A stretch of 64,000 nucleotides of DNA, from positions 2,149 through 66,148 of the forward strand of contig CAMTVX010000005.1 of NCBI GenBank assembly GCA_947085295.1. Reading direction: 5' to 3'. Shown here piece after piece: positions 53,252 through 62,630 of the stretch. The notes under the pieces were generated by a model. That model did not search any database. It was not told where the DNA came from and saw nothing but the letters and a program-made list of their open reading frames with translations. The DNA comes from an uncultured Alphaproteobacteria bacterium (GTDB lineage Bacteria > Pseudomonadota > Alphaproteobacteria > UBA11222). The translations under genes and the position numbers were made by a program. Numbering within the stretch: the first letter of the stretch is position 1; each line of letters begins with the position of its first letter.

Positions 53252-55016
53252 CCGCAGTCGGCATATCGCATTTTTCTCCGGTTTTCTTGGTGTTGCGGTT
53301 GTTGCTCTTGCGCATGGCATCGCACAGGCACAGGCCCCGATACCGCTTCGTCCACCATCTGAACTGGCGCCTGCCACACCTCTGCCCCCTGTCACTGAGG
53401 AATATCCCGCCGAAACTGAAAATGACGGCATCAGCACGGGTGCGCTTGGGCAACTGGATTTTGCTTCTGTCGGGATACTGACGGCTGACAGTGGCGGCTT
53501 TGGGCCACAGACATGGCAAGGTGCGGATCGCGCCCTGGTGGAGCGTCTGCTGCCAAAATTACCGGTTACGACACACTCCCCCACCCTGCAAAAGCTGATG
53601 CGGCGACTATTGCTCAGCACCGCCGAACCGCCACAGGGAACCAGTACCGGCGCATCCTTCATTGGTTTGCGTCTTGAGCGGCTGATAAAGGCCGGACACT
53701 TTGAACAGGCTGCACAGATGTCCGCACTGGCGGGTGGCCCCACCAGGGACGAAGCCCTGTTACAGGCACGTGCCGAAATTGCGCTGGCATCTAACGAATT
53801 CAAACAGGCCTGTGATATGGCCGCAGCACAGGTTCGCGCCAGCGAGGCTGTCTTCTGGCTGAAACTCACCGGGTTTTGCCAGATCATCAATGGCGATGAG
53901 GCCGCAACGCAATTGACCGCATCCCTGGTCGCCGAACAGGAACCGGACGATACCGGATATCAACGTCTGCTGGCTGCGCTGATCAGCAAATCCGGCAGGC
54001 TGCCAGAAAATCTGCCGCATCTGGACATCCTGCAATTAGCGATGATCCGATTTGCATCACTACCACTGCCAGAAAAAATTGACGATCATGCTGCACCCGC
54101 TGTTTTGAAATTGATGGCGCGCATGCCCGGCGCATCGGTGCAACAACGCCTGCCCGCCGCCGAACGCGCCGAGGCCGCAGGCGCAATAGGCCCGCAAGAG
54201 GTGGCCCAGCTTTACTCTGAAATGCCCTTCACCGTGGAAGATCGCGCCGGGGCCGCTGAACTGGCGACAACACTGCCCCCCGCCCAGGCCAACGCCTTGC
54301 TGTTCCAGTCCGTGCGCGGACAGGATTCCACCGCCGGCCTGACACTTGCGCTATCCGCTGCATGGCGGCTTGCCCGCGCCAGCAACAGTTTTGCAACCGT
54401 TTCCCGTGTCAATCTGACCCCCATACGCGATCTGGTTCCCGCGCCGGAAATGATCGAAATTGCCGCTGAAGCCGGTCGCGCATTGCTGCTGGCGGGCGAT
54501 CCTTTGGCCGCGACTCGCTGGTATGATCTGGCCCGCGCATTAAGCATTCCCGGCAACAATCCCGCCGCAACGCGCGCCAAAAATGACCTGTGGCCGTTGT
54601 TGCGGCTGGCGCAACCTGTTGCGGGCATACCAGAGGATCCTCTCGAAATCACCGCCTGGCTGGCGCAATTATCGCCAGAGGATAAAACCCGCAAGGGGCC
54701 TATCCTGCTCTCCGCCATGTCGGCGCTGGATATGGCCACACCGGAGTCCGAATGGGTCGCCATGGCGCAGGATACCAAAAAAACCGATGCGGCTGCGATG
54801 CCGCCAGCGGCGTTGCTGCATCTGCTGATGGAAGCCAGCCAGAGCGGGCGCGTCGGGCAAACCGTTTTGTTAAGCCTTGCCTGTCTGGGCGAAAATGGCG
54901 CGGGCCTGACGGACCCGTTATTGCTGGGAATTACCGTGCGCGCGCTCAACACCGTTGGTTTGCAGACAGAAGCCCGCGCACTAGCGCTGGAGGCGGCGTT
55001 GCAGGCTGGGATTTAG
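53232..55016 (+). CDS. Secreted Ala/Leu-rich helical protein of unknown function (signal peptide; about 594 aa)
   Basis: An internal ATG at 53232 gives the signal peptide MKCWASNRSRHIAFFSGFLGVAVVALAHGIAQAQA; the track's 54 upstream codons are probably not translated. The rest is predicted largely alpha-helical and repeat-like. It lies between aroK and xerD. Confidence 0.5.
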   Translation: MKCWASNRSRHIAFFSGFLGVAVVALAHGIAQAQAPIPLRPPSELAPATPLPPVTEEYPAETENDGISTGALGQLDFASVGILTADSGGFGPQTWQGADRALVERLLPKLPVTTHSPTLQKLMRRLLLSTAEPPQGTSTGASFIGLRLERLIKAGHFEQAAQMSALAGGPTRDEALLQARAEIALASNEFKQACDMAAAQVRASEAVFWLKLTGFCQIINGDEAATQLTASLVAEQEPDDTGYQRLLAALISKSGRLPENLPHLDILQLAMIRFASLPLPEKIDDHAAPAVLKLMARMPGASVQQRLPAAERAEAAGAIGPQEVAQLYSEMPFTVEDRAGAAELATTLPPAQANALLFQSVRGQDSTAGLTLALSAAWRLARASNSFATVSRVNLTPIRDLVPAPEMIEIAAEAGRALLLAGDPLAATRWYDLARALSIPGNNPAATRAKNDLWPLLRLAQPVAGIPEDPLEITAWLAQLSPEDKTRKGPILLSAMSALDMATPESEWVAMAQDTKKTDAAAMPPAALLHLLMEASQSGRVGQTVLLSLACLGENGAGLTDPLLLGITVRALNTVGLQTEARALALEAALQAGI

Positions 55017-55073
55017 AATATGTTTTTCCCGGATTTAATGGAGTGCGATATTTTTCCCACTCTGCTCTTATTT

Positions 55074-55206
55074 CTCCACCCCACCCCAACCCCTCCCCAT
55101 CAGAGGGGAGGGGCTTTACCACCGCGTTCTGATCTTCTTCTCCCTCCCCCTCTCGCCAAGCGAAGCTTTGGCGTAGCTTTGTGCGGGGAGGGCCGGGGTG
55201 GGGGGA
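55074..55206. repeat. G/C-rich nested palindromic repeat, family 2, copy B (with a 32-bp insert)
   Basis: CTCCACCCCACCCCAACCCCTCCCCATCAGAGGGGAGGGGCTTTACC...CTCCCTCCCCCTC[TCGCCAAGCGAAGCTTTGGCGTAGCTTTGTGC]GGGGAGGGCCGGGGTGGGGGG. It ends 10 bp before the xerD start. Confidence 0.75.
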
Positions 55207-55216
55207 GAATGAGCAC

Positions 55217-56134
55217 ATGACCAAGGCGCATTTTGATCCGCTGATCGAGGCATTTCTGGAAATGCTTTCGGCGGAGCGTGGGGCTGCCGCCAACACGCTT
55301 GCCGCCTATGGCCGCGATCTGACCGGGTTCAGGGATTTTCTGACGCGCCGGAATATCACTCTCAAAGACGCCGACGCGGAAATTATTCGCCGCTATCTGG
55401 ATGGACTATCCTCAGCGGGGTTAAGTGCGGCAACCGCCGCGCGGCAATTATCCGCCATCCGGCAATTTTACCGCTTTCTGCTTTCCGATGGCATGCGCCA
55501 GGAAGACCCATCCAGCAATTTAGACGGCCCGCGCCGCCGCCGTCCCCTGCCCAGGATAATGGGCGAGAGCGATGTTGACCGGCTGATTGCCAGCGCACAG
55601 GCGCGCAATGAGACACCGCAGGCGGCACGACTATGCTGTCTGCTGGAAATTCTCTATGCCACCGGTTTGCGGGTCAGCGAACTGGTCAGCCTGCCACTGG
55701 GCGCCGTGCGCAATGATCCGCATCTGTTGCTGGTGCGCGGCAAAGGTGGCCGCGAACGTCTGGTGCCGCTGGGCGATCCGGCGCGCGCGGCGATTGAAAA
55801 ATATCTTGCCGTGCGCGCGTATTTTCTGGGCGAGGGGCAGCAGTCAAAATTCCTGTTTCCCTCTCGCGGCGGCAGCGGCCATCTGACCCGCCACCGCTTC
55901 GCGCAATTGCTGGGAGAACTGGCGGCAGAAGCCGGATTACCTGCGCACAGTATTTCACCCCACACCCTGCGTCACGCCTTCGCCACGCACCTGCTGGCGC
56001 ACGGCGCCGATCTGCGCGCCGTGCAGCAAATGCTGGGCCATGCCGATATTTCCACCACCGAAATCTACACCCACGTCCTGACCGCCCGCATGCAGGCGCT
56101 GGTCAAACAGCACCATCCGCTGGCGAAAAACTAA
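55217..56134 (+). CDS. xerD: Site-specific tyrosine recombinase XerD
   Basis: The start MTKAHFDPLIEAFLEMLSAERGAA at 55217 and the C-terminal catalytic R...HxxR...Y region (LRHAFATHLLAHGADLRAVQQMLGHADISTTEIYTHV) identify it. The track's 12 extra N-terminal codons are read through repeat family 2 copy B. Confidence 0.85.
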   Translation: MTKAHFDPLIEAFLEMLSAERGAAANTLAAYGRDLTGFRDFLTRRNITLKDADAEIIRRYLDGLSSAGLSAATAARQLSAIRQFYRFLLSDGMRQEDPSSNLDGPRRRRPLPRIMGESDVDRLIASAQARNETPQAARLCCLLEILYATGLRVSELVSLPLGAVRNDPHLLLVRGKGGRERLVPLGDPARAAIEKYLAVRAYFLGEGQQSKFLFPSRGGSGHLTRHRFAQLLGELAAEAGLPAHSISPHTLRHAFATHLLAHGADLRAVQQMLGHADISTTEIYTHVLTARMQALVKQHHPLAKN

Positions 56135-56158
56135 TGTAACAGCCCCCTTGTTTTAACT

Positions 56159-56171
56159 ACCCTTATAGGGT
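56159..56171. promoter_or_regulatory. Palindrome ACCCT-TAT-AGGGT, candidate MqsA operator
   Basis: Seen directly in the sequence 13 bp upstream of the mqsR start. It resembles the E. coli MqsA-binding motif ACCT-(N)n-AGGT. Confidence 0.4.
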
Positions 56172-56183
56172 AATATTCTCCCC

Positions 56184-56486
56184 GTGGAAAAACGCACAGC
56201 CCATTATGATCTTGCGAGCGTCCAGTTGGCTGCTGCGCAACTGGGGGCGGCGGCATTCACAAAGACTGCTCTTGATGGCGGCCGGAATATGGGCCTGACC
56301 TTGAGCGAAATGCTTACGGTGATCGCTTCACTGACACGGCGCGATTTCTATAAGTCTATGACAGCTTTCGCCGATCATCGGGTGTGGTAGGACGTGTACC
56401 ATGCAACAACACCCGTCAGGAAAGACGCCTATATCAAGATTACGATGCGCGATTCAGCACCAGTGATTCAGTTCAAGGAGAAGTGA
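56184..56486 (+). pseudogene. mqsR: mqsR toxin (MqsR/YgiU family ribonuclease) inactivated by an in-frame TAG at 56388-56390
   Basis: From GTG 56184 the translation is MEKRTAHYDLASVQLAAAQLGAAAFTKTALDGGRNMGLTLSEMLTVIASLTRRDFYKSMTAFADHRVW*DVYHATTPVRKDAYIKITMRDSAPVIQFKEK*. It is collinear with E. coli MqsR (MEKRTPHT...DFYKSMTTYSDHTIWQDVYRP...YLKIT...FKEK); the stop replaces the Gln in the WQDVY motif, and the frame is otherwise intact through the normal stop at 56484-56486. Confidence 0.7.
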
Positions 56487-56488
56487 AC

Positions 56489-56890
56489 ATGGCCCGGAAA
56501 TGTCTAAATTGTGAAACCCGCAAGGGCATGAAGCGTTTTGAGGATGAGACCTTCAGTATCACACATGCCGGGTTATCAACGGATGTCGAAGGGCTTTCGG
56601 GCTGGCGCTGCGCAAACTGTGATGAAGCAGAGTTTGATGCCGCCAGCGCCCGGCGTTATGCGGTGGCAGGCGACAAGTTGGTGTTGCGCAGTCGCGCACA
56701 GCAGAGCAAAGAAATTCGCCGTATCCGCCGCAAGCTGGGTTTAAGCCAGGTGGCGGCCGCACGTCTCACCGGCGGTGGCCATAACGCATTCTCCCGCTAT
56801 GAACGCGGAGAAGCGGCCCCGTTGCCCGCCGTAATCAATTTGTTCCGACTTCTGGACAGGCATCCGGAGCTGCTGAAAGACCTGGTGTGA
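56489..56890 (+). CDS. mqsA: MqsA antitoxin / HTH-XRE transcriptional regulator with an N-terminal zinc-ribbon
   Basis: An AAGGAG SD precedes ATG 56489. The product MARKCLNCETRKGM...WRCANCDEAEF carries the Cys4 zinc site, and the C-terminal region IRRIRRKLGLSQVAAARLTGGGHNAFSRYERGEAAPLPAVINLFRLLDRHPELL matches E. coli MqsA (...GGGVNAFSRYEKGNAQPHPSTIKLLRVLDKHPELL). Confidence 0.8.
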   Translation: MARKCLNCETRKGMKRFEDETFSITHAGLSTDVEGLSGWRCANCDEAEFDAASARRYAVAGDKLVLRSRAQQSKEIRRIRRKLGLSQVAAARLTGGGHNAFSRYERGEAAPLPAVINLFRLLDRHPELLKDLV

Positions 56891-57012
56891 GGGTGCAGGC
56901 ATCGGCAAAACGCTAATGCCGGGGCGGGAGTAAAATCGCCACCCCACCCCGGCTTGACAGCGCCCGGTGTCCGGGCCACAAAGCGGGTCGTTGTCACAAT
57001 GGTCAGGGGCCA

Positions 57013-57972
57013 ATGCGGACCTATCTGGATTTTGAAAAGCCGGTCGCGGAACTCGAAGATAAAATCGAGGAATTGCGCCAATTAGCCGCCAAAGACGCCT
57101 CAATGACCATCAGCGATGAGGTGGCCCGGCTGGAAACCAAGGCGGCCACCTTGCTGCGCCAAAGCTATACGCGGCTGACCCCCTGGCAAAAAACCCTGGT
57201 GGCGCGCCATCCGAACCGGCCGCATTGCCTTGATTATGTGGGCCAGCTTTTGACCGAATTTACCCCGCTGGCCGGGGATCGCGGTTTTGCTGAGGATAGC
57301 GCTATTATCGGCGGCCTAGGGCGGTTGAACGGTCGGCCCATCATGCTGATCGGACAGGAAAAAGGCGCCGATACGGATGGCCGGGTGCGGCATAATTTCG
57401 GCATGGCGCGGCCCGAAGGCTATCGCAAGGCCATGCGCCTGATGGATTTGGCGGAAAAATTCAAATTGCCGGTCGTCACCCTGATTGACACGCCTGGGGC
57501 CTATCCCGGTGTCGGGGCCGAAGAACGCGGCCAGGCCGAAGCTATTGCGCGCTCAACCGATCGCTGCCTGTCATTGCAGGTGCCATTAATTGCGATCATC
57601 ATCGGTGAAGGCATGTCCGGCGGCGCCATCGCGCTGGCAGCGGGCAACCGGGTGATCATGCTGGAACATGCAATTTATTCAGTGATCAGCCCTGAAGGTT
57701 GCTCGTCAATTTTATGGCGCGCTGCCGACAAGGCCAAAGACGCCGCCGCCGCCATGAAACTGACGGCGCAGGAATTACTGGCGCTGGGAATTATCGACAC
57801 GATCATCCCCGAACCCATCGGCGGCGCACACCGCGAGCCAATGCAGACCATCCGTCAAACCGGGCTGGTCATTGAAAATGCCCTGACGGAATTAGATGGC
57901 TGGGACGCAAACGAGGTTCGCAAGACCCGCCGCGAGAAGTTCCTGAACATAGGACGCCAGGGGCTGCTTTAG
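57013..57972 (+). CDS. accA: Acetyl-CoA carboxylase carboxyltransferase subunit alpha
   Basis: 319 aa ([22 protein letters not shown]...[16 protein letters not shown]...), matching the AccA carboxyltransferase alpha-subunit family. Confidence 0.9.
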   Translation: MRTYLDFEKPVAELEDKIEELRQLAAKDASMTISDEVARLETKAATLLRQSYTRLTPWQKTLVARHPNRPHCLDYVGQLLTEFTPLAGDRGFAEDSAIIGGLGRLNGRPIMLIGQEKGADTDGRVRHNFGMARPEGYRKAMRLMDLAEKFKLPVVTLIDTPGAYPGVGAEERGQAEAIARSTDRCLSLQVPLIAIIIGEGMSGGAIALAAGNRVIMLEHAIYSVISPEGCSSILWRAADKAKDAAAAMKLTAQELLALGIIDTIIPEPIGGAHREPMQTIRQTGLVIENALTELDGWDANEVRKTRREKFLNIGRQGLL

Positions 57973-59132
57973 CAGCACCCCTCTGGCCCACACACACCCG
58001 CACCGGCATCGGTGGTGGCCACATAATCCTCGCCCTTGGTTTCTTTTGGATGGCGAGAAACTGAACGCATACAGTCGAATAGACCAGCTTCTTCCAGTGG
58101 AATATCAATCAATGGCGGCACCGGAATGATCTGCGCGCTATAAGGGTCGCGGTTATACAGCCGGTAGGTTTTATCGCACACCGCAACCGGCACACCACGT
58201 TCCAGCACATGGCCGTCATCATCTTCGACCTTGCGCCAGGGGCCTGCATAGATCACCGCCTGTTTGCGTTCCAGACATATGCCCTGTTTGCCCTTGTGCG
58301 CGGTGATGGTGATCGAACGGAACTCGATGCCTTCGACCGTGCGCCAGGGGGCGGCATCGCGCTTGGCTATGGCGATGCCGTAAAAACCCGCATCTTCGAA
58401 GGCGCGCAGAAATTCGCGTTCCTGAAACGCGCCGGAAATGCAGCCGGACCATAATTCGGGATCATTGCGCATATGCTGCGGCACCGCCTCATCCGACACA
58501 ATGTCGGAGATGGCAACCCGGCCACCCACTTTCAGAACCCGGAACATTTCGGCGAACATTGCCGCCTTGTCTTCGGCGGCCACCAGATTCAACACGCAGT
58601 TGGAAACGATCACATCCACACTGGCGTCGGCGATCAGCGGCGTGTTCAATGCCTGATGTTTTTTGAACGCGTCCAGCGCCTCTAAATCCGCATAGGACGA
58701 TACCGGATGCGCCGCCAGCCAGGCTTCGACGGCCGTTATGTCGGTGCGCAAATCCTGAATTTTGCCGCGTTTGAACTGCACATTGTCAAAGCCGGTGCTG
58801 TGCGCCATTTGCTGGCGGTATTTTTCGGCCAGCTCCAGCATCGGCGGGTTAAAATCCACCCCGATGACCTTTCCGGCTGCGCCAACAATCTGCGAGATGA
58901 TGTAACAGATCTTGCCGCCGCCACTGCCCAGATCCAGCACGCTTTCACCCTCCCGGACAAATTGCGATGGATCGCCGCAGCCATAATCGCGATCAATTAT
59001 TTCCTGCGGAATGATTTTCAGATATTGCGGATCATAATCCACCGGACAACACAGCGCATCCTCGCGTTCCTGCGACGCCGCGCCGTAACGCTGCAACACT
59101 TCTTTTTCCGTATCCAGCGGCATCATGTCCAT
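57969..59132 (-). CDS. ArsM-like class I SAM-dependent methyltransferase (arsenite methyltransferase family; substrate uncertain)
   Basis: YGCGDP...[10 protein letters not shown]...GKVIGVDFN...[12 protein letters not shown]...LWSGCISGA is collinear with the ArsM motifs YGCGS/VLDLGCGTG/GKVIGVDM/VDIVISNCVCNL/LYGECLGGA. I chose the start at ATG 59132 (GGGAGA SD); the track start at 59318 would overlap rne. Confidence 0.55.
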   Translation of the reverse strand: MDMMPLDTEKEVLQRYGAASQEREDALCCPVDYDPQYLKIIPQEIIDRDYGCGDPSQFVREGESVLDLGSGGGKICYIISQIVGAAGKVIGVDFNPPMLELAEKYRQQMAHSTGFDNVQFKRGKIQDLRTDITAVEAWLAAHPVSSYADLEALDAFKKHQALNTPLIADASVDVIVSNCVLNLVAAEDKAAMFAEMFRVLKVGGRVAISDIVSDEAVPQHMRNDPELWSGCISGAFQEREFLRAFEDAGFYGIAIAKRDAAPWRTVEGIEFRSITITAHKGKQGICLERKQAVIYAGPWRKVEDDDGHVLERGVPVAVCDKTYRLYNRDPYSAQIIPVPPLIDIPLEEAGLFDCMRSVSRHPKETKGEDYVATTDAGAGVCGPEGCC

Positions 59133-59193
59133 GCAGTGTCTCCCGTGTTTACACAAATGGTCTATATATTGTTCGTTGGAAGACGCGCGCCGG

Positions 59194-62082
59194 TTACGCC
59201 TTGTTCCCAAACTGGCGTTGCCACCAGCCACCGCGTTTTGGTCCGGCGGGCGATTCTGGCAGCGCGGATTGGGGCAGGGGTTCAGGTTCAGATACCGCAA
59301 CATGAACCGGTTCAGCAACCTGCGCCACGGCGATTGTTTGGTTATCCGGTGTTGGCTGCACGACTGCCATCGGAACCGTTTCCGCGATAACGGCTTCGTC
59401 CTGCGTCACGGCCTCTGGCTGCCGTGATTCCCAGGCTGGCGCATCCGCTGTTGCTTCATCGCCCATGTGGATTGGAATGATGAGAATATTGCCGGATTGC
59501 CCGGAATCATAAGCCCCGGCGTCAGAAACCATGTCGGCAGCATCGTCGGCCCCCTGCAAGGGTTGCGTGCCGGCATCGCGTTCACGATTACGGCCCCGGC
59601 CACGCCGACGGCGGCGCGATTTACGGCGCACGGCTTCTTCTTCCGCCGTTTCACCTTCCAGTCTTACAATAGGTTCTTCGCTTAACTCGCTGATATCATC
59701 TGATATTTGAACATCTGAATCGCCTTCGGTGCGTGGTTTGCGCGCCACATCACCGCGCCCTCCCCGTCCGCGTTTGCGCCTGCGCTCTGGATCCCGCTTT
59801 TCTCCGGCTTCCTGCACGACGGGTTCATTGGCTGCTTCTTCTGCGGCTTCTTCGGCTTCTTCGGCTTCATCCACTTCGTCTTCTTCCACAATCTCCGGCG
59901 CAATTGGCGCGGTGATCAGGGACGGCGGAATAATGGCAATGCGATCTGACTGTTTGATTTCAAAATTTGGCGACTGAATGGCGTCCGACGCAATGATGAA
60001 AATCGAGCTGGCCGTGCGGGCCTCAATCTGGTGCAGCCAGTGGCGTTTCTGATTGAGAATATAAATCGCCACGTCGCTGGGCACATACACGTCCAGTATC
60101 GGGGTCTGGCGACGCAGACATTCCTCTTCGATGCCGCGCAGAACACGTAGCGCCAGCGAGTCGACCGAACGCACCAGGCCAGTGCCATGACAGTTCGAAC
60201 AGGGGCGCGTTGTGGTTTCCACCACGCCCTGACGCAACCGCTGGCGCGACATTTCCAGCAATCCAAACGGGCTGATACGCCCGATCTGGATATTGGCGCG
60301 ATCTGAAGCCAGACACTCCTTGATCTTGCGCTCTACTGCCTTGTTGTTGCGCATATTTTCCATGTCGATAAAATCGATCACGATCAGGCCAGCCAGATCA
60401 CGCAGGCGCAGTTGGCGCGAGACTTCTTCAGCGGCTTCAAGGTTTGTTCGTAACGCCGTCGCCTCAATATTGGCTTCACGGGTGGACTTGCCGGAATTCA
60501 CGTCAATCGAGACCAGCGCCTCGGTTGGATTAATGACGATATAGCCGCCGGATTTTAACCGGACCGTCGGATCAAACATCGAATCCAGCTGCGCTTCTAC
60601 CTGATAGCGCTGAAACAGCGGCACCGGTTCACGATAGAGCTGCACCCGCCGGGCATGGCTGGGCATCAGCATACGCATAAAATCCTTGGCTTCGCGGTAG
60701 CTGGCCTCGCCTTCGACCTGAATGCTTTCAATGTCCTTGTCGTACAGATCACGTACGGCGCGTTTGACGATGCTGCCTTCCTCATTGATCAGGCAGGGAG
60801 CAGTGGAACGCAGGGTCAATTCGCGAATGGTTTCCCATTGCCGCAGCAGATAATCAAAATCGCGCTTGATTTCCGTCTTGGTCCGGTTGGCCCCCGCCGT
60901 GCGGATAATCAACCCCATGCCTTCGGGCACTTCAAGCTCCGCCGCGACGGCCTTCAGACGCTTGCGATCCACCGCATTGGTAATCTTGCGCGAAATCCCG
61001 CCGCCACGCGCCGTATTGGGCATCAAAACGCAATACCGGCCCGGGATTGACAGATAGGTGGTGAGCGCGGCGCCTTTGGAGCCGCGTTCATCTTTCAGAA
61101 TCTGCACCAGCATGATCTGGCGTTTCTTGATGACTTCCTGAATTTTATATTGCCGCCTGCGGGCGCGCGGGCGCGACACTTCGTCCAGCGCGTCTTCACC
61201 GCCCACGGATTCGATGCGCTTGCGCGGACCTTCTTCCCAATCGCCGTCCTGACGGGCTTCGGTCGTGCCATCCTGACGGGCTTCAGATGCGCCATCCGGG
61301 CGTTCATTGCGCCGCCGCCGACCCGAACGCCGGACACGTTGCGGCGTGTCGGTTTGTTCGCCTTCGGTTTGTTCGCCGGTCGGTTGATCGCCAGCGTCTG
61401 TGTGCGCTGGACCGTCGTCAGTTTCGGCAGAAATAACCGCTTCAGCATAGGCTGTTTCGGGCGCATCGCCGGTTACATGAACGGGCGGGACATCCTGGTT
61501 TTCGGGAGCGGCCTCAGATGAGTGCCTGGCAATCTCACCTTTATCTTCCAGCTCACCTGGATCCTCCAGCGGTTCGGAGCTGATGGAATCCCGCTCATTC
61601 CCGGCCATCAACATGGGACCGGAACTGGAGTTGCCGTCTTCTACATCTGAACTGTCCGGATCATCATCCTCTGAATGCGAAACATCGTCAGCATCGCGAT
61701 CCTCGGATTCATGATCTTCTGAATCAGTTTCCTCGGAATCAGCTTCTTCGATCTTGAAATCGACATCTTCATCGGCTTCTTCGGCGCGCTGTTCTTCCGC
61801 AGCGTCGGCTTCCAGCAGGGCCTGCCGGTCGGCCACGGGAATTTGGTAATAATCCGGGTGAATTTCACTGAAGGCCAGAAACCCATGCCGGTTTCCGCCA
61901 TAATCAACGAAGGCCGCCTGTAAGGACGGCTCGATCCGGGTAACCTTGGCCAGATAGATATTGCCGATTAACTGTTTGCGTGCGGCCGATTCAAAATCAA
62001 AATCTTCAAGCCGGGTACCCTGCACGACAACGACCCGGGTTTCTTCCGGGTGGGTCGCGTCTACTAACATTTTCTTGGTCAT
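59194..62082 (-). CDS. rne: Ribonuclease E
   Basis: An N-terminal S1/RNase E catalytic domain (MTKKMLVDATHPEETRVVVVQGTRLEDFDFES, compare E. coli MKRMLINATQQEELRVALV) is followed by a long acidic/Arg-rich low-complexity scaffold region. ATG 62082 has a GGAGA SD. Confidence 0.85.
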   Translation of the reverse strand: MTKKMLVDATHPEETRVVVVQGTRLEDFDFESAARKQLIGNIYLAKVTRIEPSLQAAFVDYGGNRHGFLAFSEIHPDYYQIPVADRQALLEADAAEEQRAEEADEDVDFKIEEADSEETDSEDHESEDRDADDVSHSEDDDPDSSDVEDGNSSSGPMLMAGNERDSISSEPLEDPGELEDKGEIARHSSEAAPENQDVPPVHVTGDAPETAYAEAVISAETDDGPAHTDAGDQPTGEQTEGEQTDTPQRVRRSGRRRRNERPDGASEARQDGTTEARQDGDWEEGPRKRIESVGGEDALDEVSRPRARRRQYKIQEVIKKRQIMLVQILKDERGSKGAALTTYLSIPGRYCVLMPNTARGGGISRKITNAVDRKRLKAVAAELEVPEGMGLIIRTAGANRTKTEIKRDFDYLLRQWETIRELTLRSTAPCLINEEGSIVKRAVRDLYDKDIESIQVEGEASYREAKDFMRMLMPSHARRVQLYREPVPLFQRYQVEAQLDSMFDPTVRLKSGGYIVINPTEALVSIDVNSGKSTREANIEATALRTNLEAAEEVSRQLRLRDLAGLIVIDFIDMENMRNNKAVERKIKECLASDRANIQIGRISPFGLLEMSRQRLRQGVVETTTRPCSNCHGTGLVRSVDSLALRVLRGIEEECLRRQTPILDVYVPSDVAIYILNQKRHWLHQIEARTASSIFIIASDAIQSPNFEIKQSDRIAIIPPSLITAPIAPEIVEEDEVDEAEEAEEAAEEAANEPVVQEAGEKRDPERRRKRGRGGRGDVARKPRTEGDSDVQISDDISELSEEPIVRLEGETAEEEAVRRKSRRRRRGRGRNRERDAGTQPLQGADDAADMVSDAGAYDSGQSGNILIIPIHMGDEATADAPAWESRQPEAVTQDEAVIAETVPMAVVQPTPDNQTIAVAQVAEPVHVAVSEPEPLPQSALPESPAGPKRGGWWQRQFGNKA

Positions 62083-62480
62083 CAATTGTGTCTCCAAGCC
62101 ATAGGGCGCAAAGGCGCACCATCATGCGGGCGCTGGCCAGTATGGCTGATGTTTGGTAAGCACTGACGGGGGATCGGCTCATCCGCCCCCCGCCAGACAC
62201 AGCAGGAAGCCTGCGCTCCGCCAACCGATTTCGGTTGACGCGCATTACCCGCCATAACTGGCTGGGCCGGTTCTTACTGGTTTTACTACCGGGTTTCATG
62301 TCTCATCGGACCAGCCATAGGCCGCCCGCCATAATTTTTCACAATAGCTATTGCGTAACAAGCACTTAGCTTTAACGGCATGGCTTTCAACGCACAGCCG
62401 ATTTTCTCGATTACGATTCTCGAAAACGGGCGCTACCACGCCACCTTAAACGCCTGACGGGGCGAGAGCAAGAAAACATA
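62083..62480 (-). promoter_or_regulatory. Long structured 5' leader of rne (candidate autoregulatory 5'UTR)
   Basis: About 400 nt upstream of the rne start carry no ORF and have many local inverted repeats. RNase E genes are classically autoregulated through long 5' UTR hairpins. Confidence 0.35.
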
Positions 62481-62630
62481 CAGATCACAGGTTCACAGCT
62501 ATAAATCTGAAAAAACTCAGGATTCTTGATATTTTGGGCTGCTGCGCGGAAACTGCATGTTCAACTGATTCGAAGGCTGGCGCCATTGCGTTTGTCAGAA
62601 GACAAAAATCACACCTATTGGTCGCGGCGT

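Noticed and set aside
55074-56890. Integrated mobile element or prophage remnant at xerD with the TA locus
   Set aside because: XerD is the core chromosome-dimer-resolution recombinase and has full-length conserved catalytic motifs, and xerD-accA synteny is typical of alphaproteobacteria. No phage or transposase genes flank it. Only the TA locus and the repeat look accessory.
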